In this document: positions 23,929-31,988 of the stretch, in pieces
Layout: each line of letters opens with the position of its first letter
How positions within the stretch are numbered: position 1 is the stretch's first letter
From: a virus
Length of the DNA stretch: 50,133 nucleotides
Strand: one strand, 5' to 3'
Virus record (IMG/VR): IMGVR_UViG_3300045988_134114
Span: 1 to 50,133 of that record
Made by a program: the position numbers and the translations under genes
The notes under the pieces: model-generated
What the model was told of the DNA's origin: nothing
What the model saw: the letters and a program-made list of their open reading frames with translations, nothing else
The model's database searches: none

Positions 23929-26427
23929 TTGCCAATATTACGACCACAGCCAGGACCGCAAGAATTATTCCTTGCCTGCCCGGCCGACATTGCAATATAT
24001 GGCGGCTCTTAGTCTGCGGGCGGTGGGAAATCGTATGCCTTGTTGCTTGAATGCCTGCGGCATGTCGGGAATCCGAATTTCGGGGCTGTTATTTTCCGTC
24101 GTCAGTCTACGCAGATTATGGCTGAAGGCGGCTTATTTGATACGGCGCTGGGGATATATGTTCCACTGGGAGCGTATTTTAAACGGGTTCCTGCGCCAAC
24201 GGCCATATTCCCGAGCGGGGCAAAAATAAGCTTCCGGCACTTGCAATACGAAAAGGATGTTCACAGCTGGCAGGGTTCGCAGATACCGCTAATATGTTGT
24301 GAAATAAATACGAAAGTTTTAATGGCCGATGGAACGTATAAAAAAATCGCCGACATAAAAATCGGCGATAAAGTAAAAACACTGGAAGGTTCGGAACAAG
24401 TAGAAGCAGTAGGTCCAATAGAAGAAAGAAAATGCGTAAGGGTCGAATTACAGAATGGAAAAACTCAGATACAATCAAGCAATCATGAGTTCTTAACTAT
24501 TTCTGGGTGGCAGTCTTTTGATAACCTTCTTTTGCAACCCATTTTTCACCATAATAAGACAAAATTTTTTGTATATAAACATAGTTTAATTGCGGATAAT
24601 CACGACACAAATCTCCCATTGATTTATCAGTGGATAATGCATATTCTAAGATTTTTGTTGCAAGAGAAGGATTCGAGTCAATTAATTCCTGCGCTGTCCG
24701 TTTATCATAGGTCGAATGGCATTCGCCCACTTTTGATTTTTTTACCCAAGAGATTCCGTTTTTATCACAAATCCGGCGTATCGTTCGTGCAGAGATGCCC
24801 GTCAATTTGGCAACTTCCCGTAATCCAAAGCGGTTGTCTGGGGCATAAAGTTTTACAGTTTCAATGGCCGCCGGATCATCTATTTGTGTGGGAGAACGGC
24901 GCACATAATTCTTTGTTAATTCCGGAAAGTGTCGGCGCAATGTCTCTACAACAACGCCGAAATGTTTGGCAGTATATTTTATCCCATGATTTTCGAGAAG
25001 TTCTTTCACAACCGGGTATTGCATATTGTCGTGACTTTTCAATCTTTTCAGTTGTTGATGAATGGCCTGATGTTCCGCACGAGAAACTACTTGAAGGTTA
25101 TCAAGACGATTATCTGTCTTGTTTCCATTCTTGTGATGAATTAACTCCGAAGATTGTAAAAAACGGCCAAGAGCTCTCTCTACAATTAAACGGTGTTGTG
25201 GTACATAGCCCCATGGATTCGCCATGGGATGTTTTGGACACAGTTCATAAACGTAATGTCCATAAGTTACGATATTTCCACCCGTATACGGGCAAAGTAA
25301 TTCACTCGGAAGAGCCGTGTTCTTTAACTTCATGCAATGTTACCCCCTGCGGTAAAAGGTTGGTCCGAAATATCATGATATCTGGATGCAATTATTATAT
25401 CACCGAAAGTGGGTTAGTAAACAAAAATTGCTATGACGAATTGACGCATTTCACCGAATCGCAGTTCTTTTACATGCTATCCCGTAACCGTTCGACTTGC
25501 GGCGTGCGGCCTTATATCCGGGCGACATGCAATCCTGATGCCGATAGTTGGGTTGCTGACTTCATTTCATGGTGGATTGACCAGAGTACCGGCTATGCTA
25601 TCCCGGAACGCTCCGGGACACTTCGTTATTTTGTCCGAACGAGCGGCGAAATTACTTGGTCCAGCAGCCGGGAAGAACTGGAAGGAACATACGGCAAAGA
25701 CGCCGTGAAAAGCGTTTCCTTCATCTCGTCCTCAATCTATGACAATAAAATCTTATTGAAAGCAAACCCGGAATATTTGGCAAGCTTGAATGCCTTGCCG
25801 GAGGTCGAAAAAGAACGATTATTGCGGGGAAACTGGAAGATCCGCCCGACTGGGGGCATGTTCTTCAAGGCTTCACAGGTACAGATTGTCAAGTCGATAC
25901 CAGACAAGATTGTTTCAATCGCTAGGGCGTGGGACTTGGCCGCAACGGAAATTACGCCGGAACACAAAGACCCTGACCGCACGGCAGGGGCCTTGTGCGC
26001 ACGGCTGCGGAGCGGACAATTTATTTTTCTTGATGTCATTCGCCGGGCTGCGAATGCGTCGAGTGTTCGCAAGCTCATCAAGACGACTGCCATTATCGAC
26101 CGCGGCCTGTACCATAATGACAAGATTTATATACCGCAAGACCCCGGGCAGGCTGGGAAAGAGCAGGCTTTAAGCTACGTTCGCGAGCTGGCGGGGTACT
26201 CTATTGTTACTCATCCAGTAAGCGGCGATAAAGAAACTCGGGCCGAGCCGCTGGCCGCCCAATGGCAGCAGGGAAATGTCTTGCTGCTTGAAGGGGACTG
26301 GAATAAAGAATTTTTGAACGAAATGGAAGGCTTTCCCGTAGCCCTGCATGATGACCAAGTGGATGCGGCAAGCGATGCGTTTAACGCCGTAGCGTTGACG
26401 TCTGACTGGTCGGCATTAACATCATAA
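23929..26427 (+). CDS. terL: Terminase large subunit. It is interrupted by an in-frame TAG (24010-24012) in Walker A and by an intein (24295-25428) at Walker B
   Basis: TTG at 23929 after GGGGGTGA. N-terminus (M)PILRPQPGPQELFLACPADIAIYGGS*SAGGGKSYALLLECLRHV. Exteins ...GSQIPLI / CYDELTHF.... C-terminal nuclease-half motifs ATCNPD and ALHDDQVDA. Confidence 0.8.
24295..25428 (+). mobile_element. Intein (378 codons) in terL at the Walker B position
   Basis: Block A CCEINTKVLMADG. Block B SSNHEFLT. C-terminal blocks VRNIMISGCNYYITESGLVNKN followed by +1 Cys. Joining the exteins restores ...IPLICYDELTHF. Confidence 0.75.
24497..25333 (-). CDS. HNH homing endonuclease (HNH_3-type) with C-terminal HTH-like repeats, encoded antisense inside the intein
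   Basis: 278 aa. Motifs VPQHRLIVE and ELIHHKNGNKTDNRLDNLQVVSRAEHQAIH. HTH-like motif LREVAKLTGISARTIRRICDKNG. RBS-like GGGGGT 8 nt upstream. Confidence 0.8.
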   Translation of the reverse strand: MKLKNTALPSELLCPYTGGNIVTYGHYVYELCPKHPMANPWGYVPQHRLIVERALGRFLQSSELIHHKNGNKTDNRLDNLQVVSRAEHQAIHQQLKRLKSHDNMQYPVVKELLENHGIKYTAKHFGVVVETLRRHFPELTKNYVRRSPTQIDDPAAIETVKLYAPDNRFGLREVAKLTGISARTIRRICDKNGISWVKKSKVGECHSTYDKRTAQELIDSNPSLATKILEYALSTDKSMGDLCRDYPQLNYVYIQKILSYYGEKWVAKEGYQKTATQK

Positions 26428-26466
26428 AAAAGAGCTGTCGCACTTTTAACGTGCGGCAGCTCTTGC

Positions 26467-27132
26467 TTAAAAGGGAATGTCTTCATATTCATTGCCAAAT
26501 TGTTCTGAAGATTCCGATGAATTTTTTTGGCTTAGATCATCATTTAAATATTGATCTATAAAAGATGAAATGCCAGGCGTTATATTAGAAAGCAAAAGGT
26601 ATAAATCTTCAATCTTTTTTACAGAATCTTTATTAGCTAAATAGGAAAAAGTATCATTAAAGAAAATAAATGCTGCAATATCAATTTCTTCGCTAGGAGA
26701 TACTAACTTTTCTATTAAATAACCGCCAGTATCATATTCAGCAAAATAAGACTCACTAGAAAGAAATGTATATTCTTTGTATTGAGGAAAGAGGATTGGG
26801 TCAAATTTATTAAAAGGCGCATCCTTACTCCAATTGTTTGAAACTGTTTCAAAGATTTGCCAAGTGAGAAGTTTATTTTCGGTATCGGCAATCAATTTTT
26901 CAATCAATGCATGAATCTTTGATTTTGGACCATCATTTTTCAAGAGTAATTCATCAAGGGTAACTCCAAATAAAGTTGCCAACTTATTCAATGCGCTTGG
27001 GTCATTGGGTATTACATTATTTGTTTCGTAATAACTTATGGTGCGTTGCGTAACTCCAAGTGCTTTTGCTACGGCGGCTTGGGTTAAGTTATTTTGTTCT
27101 CGAAGAGATTTTAATTTTTCACCGAATTTCAT
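26467..27132 (-). CDS. XRE-family HTH regulator with a C-terminal domain of unknown function
   Basis: Start M5 of ORF 26467..27144. Motif LTQAAVAKALGVTQRTISYYE. Confidence 0.7.
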   Translation of the reverse strand: MKFGEKLKSLREQNNLTQAAVAKALGVTQRTISYYETNNVIPNDPSALNKLATLFGVTLDELLLKNDGPKSKIHALIEKLIADTENKLLTWQIFETVSNNWSKDAPFNKFDPILFPQYKEYTFLSSESYFAEYDTGGYLIEKLVSPSEEIDIAAFIFFNDTFSYLANKDSVKKIEDLYLLLSNITPGISSFIDQYLNDDLSQKNSSESSEQFGNEYEDIPF

Positions 27133-27205
27133 TACAATCACCACCTATACAAATTATATACAAAACATCAATTTCTAGCAAAGAAAGGATATAGAAAATT
27201 GTGTA

Positions 27206-27234
27206 TTTACAGTTTAGAGGATTTTGTATATAAT
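27206..27234 (+). promoter_or_regulatory. Promoter of antirepressor island 1 (-35 TTTACA, 17 nt, -10 TATAAT)
   Basis: Read directly from the sequence. Divergent from the XRE gene. Confidence 0.55.
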
Positions 27235-27256
27235 AATATTTAAGGAGGTGATACAT

Positions 27257-27457
27257 ATGAGACAAACGCAGAGTATTGTAAGGCCCAATTTACGATTAGG
27301 GTGCAGTTTGGGCGCCGTTATGAGATACCATGCGACAGCAAACCGCACAACCGCCGCTATTTACATCGGCGAATTGATTTACAATGACTTAAAAAAGCGG
27401 TATCCGGAACTGATGAAGGATATTCCAGAATCGGAAATCTTCGTTCCGGCAAAGTAA
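27257..27457 (+). CDS. Hypothetical 66-aa protein
   Basis: ATG at 27257 after TAAGGAGGTG. Confidence 0.5.
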   Translation: MRQTQSIVRPNLRLGCSLGAVMRYHATANRTTAAIYIGELIYNDLKKRYPELMKDIPESEIFVPAK

Positions 27458-27460
27458 AAA

Positions 27461-27532
27461 GCCGTCTGCTTTTGCAGAAGCAGACGGCCAAAGGGCTACA
27501 ATAAAGACCCTAAACACAGCTTTATTGTAGCC
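27461..27532 (+). promoter_or_regulatory. Two consecutive stem-loops in the leader of the antirepressor gene (27461-27488 and 27494-27532)
   Basis: Stems GCCGTCTGCTT/AAGCAGACGGC and GGCTACAATAAAG/CTTTATTGTAGCC (13 bp), followed by TACTTTTA. Confidence 0.55.
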
Positions 27533-27614
27533 TACTTTTACCGAAAAGTAAATGAATTTGCGTTGCTTATTTTGCAGAATTATGTGCAAATTTCAGGAAA
27601 GGCAGGTTACAAAC

Positions 27615-28418
27615 ATGGAAAACACGTTGCAGGTTTTCGAAAATCAGGAGTTCGGTACGGTGCGGACATTGTTGGTTAATAATGAACCGTGGTTTGTTGG
27701 GAAGGATGTTGCTGTAATACTAAAATATGCCGACCCAGCTAGAGCTGTATATGACCATGTAGACAGCGAAGACAAAACCTCATTGTTAATTCAACAATCA
27801 GGTTCTAACTATAAGGCCAAGACGGCAGTCATCAATGAAAGCGGCTTGTATAGCTTGGTTCTGTCTTCCAAATTGCCGACGGCGAAGAAGTTCAAGCGTT
27901 GGGTAACGTCCGAAGTGCTGCCTACGATTCGTAAGCACGGCGGCTATTTAACTCCGGAGAAAATTGAAGATGTGCTTCTCAATCCCGACACCATCATTAA
28001 GCTGGCAACGGAACTGAAAGAAGAACGGGCTAAACGCATGGCTCATGAACAGCAAATCGAGCAGGATAAGCCGAAAGTATTATTCGCCGATTCGGTCAGC
28101 GTAAGCCATACGAGTATACTCATCGGTGAGCTGGCAAAGCTGTTGCAGTAAAACGGCGTACCTATGGGGCAGAATCGGTTATTCCAATGGCTGAGGGAAA
28201 AAGGCTATCTGATTCGCCGCAAAGGGACGGACTACAATATGCCGACACAGCGGGCCATGGAAATGGGCTTATTCGAGGTGAAGGAAACGGTTGTCAGCCA
28301 TTCGGACGGACACACGTCTATCAGCAAGACGCCGAAAGTCACTGGTAAAGGCCAGATATACTTTATCAATAAGTTTCTGGAAGGCGCAAAACTGGCGAAG
28401 GCAGGTGGCGAACGATGA
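27615..28418 (+). pseudogene. BRO-N / KilAC antirepressor split by an in-frame TAA (28149-28151)
   Basis: BRO-N motifs LQVFENQEFGTVRT...PWFVGKDVA and RWVTSEVLPTIRKHG. The KilAC-like segment ...ILIGELAKLLQ*NGVPMGQNRLFQWLREKGYLI... runs straight across the stop in the same frame. No SD precedes the ATG at 28164. Confidence 0.65.
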
Positions 28419-28642
28419 AGGAAGTCGGGGCTCGGTTAGGCTTTAATCTGGGGTTCATTGACTATATCGTACTGACGGACGGCACGGTCGTCCGAAACAT
28501 GCATAGATTATTCAATGCGCCGATACCGTCGGAACAGCAGTTGGAAACCATGTTCGGGGTATTTAGCGAAGAAGCGCCGAACTATTTTGAAAAGGCTACG
28601 CCGGCATGGTCAAAGTACGGGAATATACCGGGGATGAAGTAA
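28415..28642 (+). CDS. Hypothetical protein
   Basis: ORF track. ATGA coupling. Confidence 0.45.
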   Translation: MKEVGARLGFNLGFIDYIVLTDGTVVRNMHRLFNAPIPSEQQLETMFGVFSEEAPNYFEKATPAWSKYGNIPGMK

Positions 28643-28655
28643 GTATATAATCATC

Positions 28656-28691
28656 AGAGCAATGTGAGGATTTCTCATATTGCTCTTTTTT
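28656..28691 (+). terminator. Conserved hairpin terminator, copy A
   Basis: AGAGCAATGTGAG-GATTT-CTCATATTGCTCT followed by a T-run. Confidence 0.7.
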
Positions 28692-28716
28692 ATTGCCTGA
28701 AAGGAGGATAAAAAGA

Positions 28717-30081
28717 ATGGCAGCGCGGTTTGATGGCTTTTTCAACGCCTTCATTGGGCACGGTATGCATGGCCGCGACCCATTTTCAAATTACATATAC
28801 ACGCCTTCGCGAATGATGACAGACAAAGAATGTGCCTACATGTTCACGTATAATGGCATTGCCAAAAAAATCATTACGGCTCCGGCTGACGAAGCCGTAA
28901 AGGAAGGGTTCACGCTGAAAAACGGCGATGAAGAAATGGAAGAGCAGACAAAAGCGGTGTTGTCCGTTATGGAGGACTTAGAATGGGAACAGCGATTTTC
29001 GGAAGCTCTTTCCTGGGATCGCCTGTACGGCGGCAGTGCGGTTTTGATAATGGCTGACGACGGAACGGCTGAGCTAAGCGAGCCGCTGAATGAAGCGGGC
29101 TTGCGAAGCATCGAACGGCTTGTCGTCATCGAGGCGCCGGACATTACGACCAGCGACGCCATGCTGTACAGCGACCCGCGCGACCAGTTATACGGGCAGC
29201 CGGAATTTTACAACGTGACCGGTTACTACGGAGGACGCTTCACTGTTCATGAAAGCCGCTTGCTTATGTTTCGTGGTGGTGTACTCCCCAGAGAGCAGCG
29301 GCGGAACCGGAATGACTGGGGCGCGAAAGTATACGAAAAAATGTTTAACGACATTATGCGCTATGACAGCGCCTTATCATTGGCCCTCATGGCCTTATCC
29401 CGATTATCGCAGGGCGTCATGAAACTCAATGGGCTGGCCGGAAAGCTGGCGACGGACGACGGCGAACAGCAGGTAATGAAACGCTTGCAGTTGATCGACA
29501 TGGCCCGGCACATGATGAATACCATTGCACTAGACAATGAAGACGACTATCGTCTGGAGAACATGACAATCAATGGCGTAACGGATATTATCGACCGCTT
29601 TCAAACGGCCATTTCGGCAGTTACAGAAATTCCTGTTACCGTATTATTTGGAGTTTCTCCCGGAGGGCTTAATAGTACCGGGAAGGCGGATTTCGAGAAC
29701 TATTACAATATGGTTCGCCGCATCCAAAAACGAACGCTCAAGCCACAGCTGTCACGCCTTATTGATTTGCTGGGGCAGTGCAGCGACTACGGCCTTCATT
29801 TGCCGGACAAGTATACGCTCGAGTTTAACCCGCTCTGGCAGCCGACCGAAAAGGAACAGGCCGATACGGAATACGTGAAGGCCCAGACCAAAGAGCGCGA
29901 AGCTATAACGGCCAAGACTTACTACGACATGAACGCGCTGGATGGTTCGGAAATGCGCAATACGCTGGAAAAGAACGGCGAGTATGAGCTCGACCGCAGC
30001 CTTGATGATACAATTCAAAATTCCCGGCTGGGCCTTGAACCGGGACAGCCGCAGCCCAATGCAGAAGGGAATGACGAATAA
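28717..30081 (+). CDS. Portal protein (DUF1073-like)
   Basis: ATG at 28717 after AGGAGG. 454 aa. Sits between terL and the MuF-like gene. Confidence 0.7.
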   Translation: MAARFDGFFNAFIGHGMHGRDPFSNYIYTPSRMMTDKECAYMFTYNGIAKKIITAPADEAVKEGFTLKNGDEEMEEQTKAVLSVMEDLEWEQRFSEALSWDRLYGGSAVLIMADDGTAELSEPLNEAGLRSIERLVVIEAPDITTSDAMLYSDPRDQLYGQPEFYNVTGYYGGRFTVHESRLLMFRGGVLPREQRRNRNDWGAKVYEKMFNDIMRYDSALSLALMALSRLSQGVMKLNGLAGKLATDDGEQQVMKRLQLIDMARHMMNTIALDNEDDYRLENMTINGVTDIIDRFQTAISAVTEIPVTVLFGVSPGGLNSTGKADFENYYNMVRRIQKRTLKPQLSRLIDLLGQCSDYGLHLPDKYTLEFNPLWQPTEKEQADTEYVKAQTKEREAITAKTYYDMNALDGSEMRNTLEKNGEYELDRSLDDTIQNSRLGLEPGQPQPNAEGNDE

Positions 30082-31685
30082 TGAAAGTCGTAGCGAAACG
30101 GAAATGGCGCTATCCCATGAGCTTAGAACGGCAGTATGCTAAGCAGCTTGTTGCCTACGTCAAGCGCAAATTTGCCGTCATTGACGAACACCGGCAGGAA
30201 ATCATCGACGTCGTGGCTCAGTACGCCGTCAGAATGGACGACGACAGCCTAATGGAAAGCGTCAGCGCGCAGATTTCCGTACTTCTCGACCGTATCGAGC
30301 GGGATATGGAAAGCGCTGACGACCTCACGCGGGCCATGAACAACATGTTCGACGCCGTGAACCGCTATAACGCCGGCGAATTCAACGCTCTGACGAAAAG
30401 CCTGTTCGGGTTTCCGCTGCGGGTTCCAATATCGCAAATATCGCACGCCGACAGCGCGGGCCGGTATCGTACGGACGCTACGCTTGACGATGACATCTCA
30501 ACCTTGAAAATGGTATGGGTGCGTCAGAATTTAGCCCTCATCAAGAGCATTGATGCTGATACCATGCGCCGCATTGAGGATAAAATGATGGAACGTATCA
30601 TTGCTAACGTAAGCATGGGCGATCTGACAAAGTACCTCATCAAAGATATTCGGGATATTGCCGGCGTAGAAGTGAACCGTGCGACGCTGATCGGCGTCGA
30701 CCAAGTAGGGAAACTCAACGGCAGACTGACGCAGTACCGGCAGGAACATGCGGGTATTTCCGAATATCAATGGGAAACGGCTCTAGATAGACGTGTACGC
30801 CCTTCACACCGCCCGCGGCAAGGAAAGATATACAAATGGTCAAACCCGCCGCCAGACGGGCACCCAGGCTATCCTATACGGTGCCGGTGCGTGGCCCTGC
30901 CGGTCATCAATTTGGATGAGATACCTGTTCGGCTAAAAGATGGCACATTTAAATACGTAGACTGGCCGAAAGCCCCGGCACCAAAACCGGCCCCGGCGGC
31001 AGCGGCCGCAGCAGCAACGACGGCCGCAGAGGTCAGCGCCATGTTCCCGGAACAGTTGGCCGGAGTATCACGGGGCGAGCCAATGACCCCGGATGAAGCT
31101 AATTTTGGGCGACCGAACCCGCATTTCGAAGAAAGTCAGCGGTACCGCATCAACTGCCAAAGCTGCGTCGTCACCTATGAGGCGCGGCTGCGGGGGTATA
31201 ACGTGGAAACAATGCCGAATACAATCGGCTCCATGTTATTTCAGCTGTCTTGCAATACCCGTCTGGCATGGATTGACCCGAAAACGAAAGAAATTCCTTC
31301 CTTTATTCCGCATCCAAACAGCAAAACCGGCAAGTCATATATCGCCTGGCTGGAAAAGACTATTCAAAGCGGTCAGCGGTATACCTTACAGGTCTTTTGG
31401 AAGCGCGGCGGCGGACATATCGTTTCGATAAGCCGGAACGCTGCCGGGGAGCTTGAAATATATGATCCGCAAACGGCATGGAAATATACCAAAACGACCG
31501 TAACCAATACCCGGGCAGGTAAGACCGCAAAAGATGACGGCCTTGCATGGTGGTTTGGCCGCGTTCGCTGGCGCAGCGCCGGGGAATGGTGGGGGCCTGA
31601 GCTCTTGCGTGTGGACGATAAAGAGTTTAACCTAAAAGTAGTCAACGAAATCATGAAGGCTGCGGAGGATGGTGAAACGAAATGA
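30081..31685 (+). CDS. MuF / SPP1 gp7-like minor head protein fused through a Pro/Ala linker to a papain-fold (Tox-PL1-like) C-terminal domain
   Basis: MuF motif RVRPSHRPRQGKIYKWSNPPPDGHPGYPIRCRCV. Linker PKAPAPKPAPAAAAAAATTAAE. C-terminal candidate triad: NCQSCVVTYEARLRGY (Cys), GGGHIVSI (His), EIYDPQT (Asp). Confidence 0.7.
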   Translation: MKVVAKRKWRYPMSLERQYAKQLVAYVKRKFAVIDEHRQEIIDVVAQYAVRMDDDSLMESVSAQISVLLDRIERDMESADDLTRAMNNMFDAVNRYNAGEFNALTKSLFGFPLRVPISQISHADSAGRYRTDATLDDDISTLKMVWVRQNLALIKSIDADTMRRIEDKMMERIIANVSMGDLTKYLIKDIRDIAGVEVNRATLIGVDQVGKLNGRLTQYRQEHAGISEYQWETALDRRVRPSHRPRQGKIYKWSNPPPDGHPGYPIRCRCVALPVINLDEIPVRLKDGTFKYVDWPKAPAPKPAPAAAAAAATTAAEVSAMFPEQLAGVSRGEPMTPDEANFGRPNPHFEESQRYRINCQSCVVTYEARLRGYNVETMPNTIGSMLFQLSCNTRLAWIDPKTKEIPSFIPHPNSKTGKSYIAWLEKTIQSGQRYTLQVFWKRGGGHIVSISRNAAGELEIYDPQTAWKYTKTTVTNTRAGKTAKDDGLAWWFGRVRWRSAGEWWGPELLRVDDKEFNLKVVNEIMKAAEDGETK

Positions 31686-31912
31686 CGCTACATAAGATTC
31701 TTGAATTTGCGAAAGAACAGGGCTATGAAGACGTAGAATTCAGCTGTAAATGGCGGGGGTACGACGTGTACACCTTGATTTACAGCAAAGACGAGCCGGA
31801 TAGCTGCATCGGCCTTCCCTTCGTGGCGCTGGTACAAGGCGATACGATACGAATTTCTACGATAGAGGAAACCTTCCAGTATATGGATGAGGTTCTCGGA
31901 AACGACGAATAA
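31682..31912 (+). CDS. Small protein immediately downstream of the MuF-toxin fusion (immunity candidate)
   Basis: 76 aa. ATGA coupling to 30081..31685. Confidence 0.45.
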   Translation: MTLHKILEFAKEQGYEDVEFSCKWRGYDVYTLIYSKDEPDSCIGLPFVALVQGDTIRISTIEETFQYMDEVLGNDE

Positions 31913-31927
31913 TTCAATACCGCATTT

Positions 31928-31963
31928 GAGCAATGTGAAGAAAATTCATATTGCTCTTTTTTT
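31928..31963 (+). terminator. Conserved hairpin terminator, copy B
   Basis: GAGCAATGTGAA-GAAAA-TTCATATTGCTC followed by T7. Confidence 0.7.
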
Positions 31964-31988
31964 ATGCCATGAAAGGGGGTGAGAACAG

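Noticed and set aside
24497-25333. The sense-strand translation of the intein centre as a degenerate intein endonuclease domain
   Set aside because: I found no LAGLIDADG, HNH or GIY-YIG motif in that frame, and its composition (W/C/H/F-rich) looks like antisense noise. The complementary frame has a textbook HNH_3 motif. I keep the open frame as an observation, not as a domain call.
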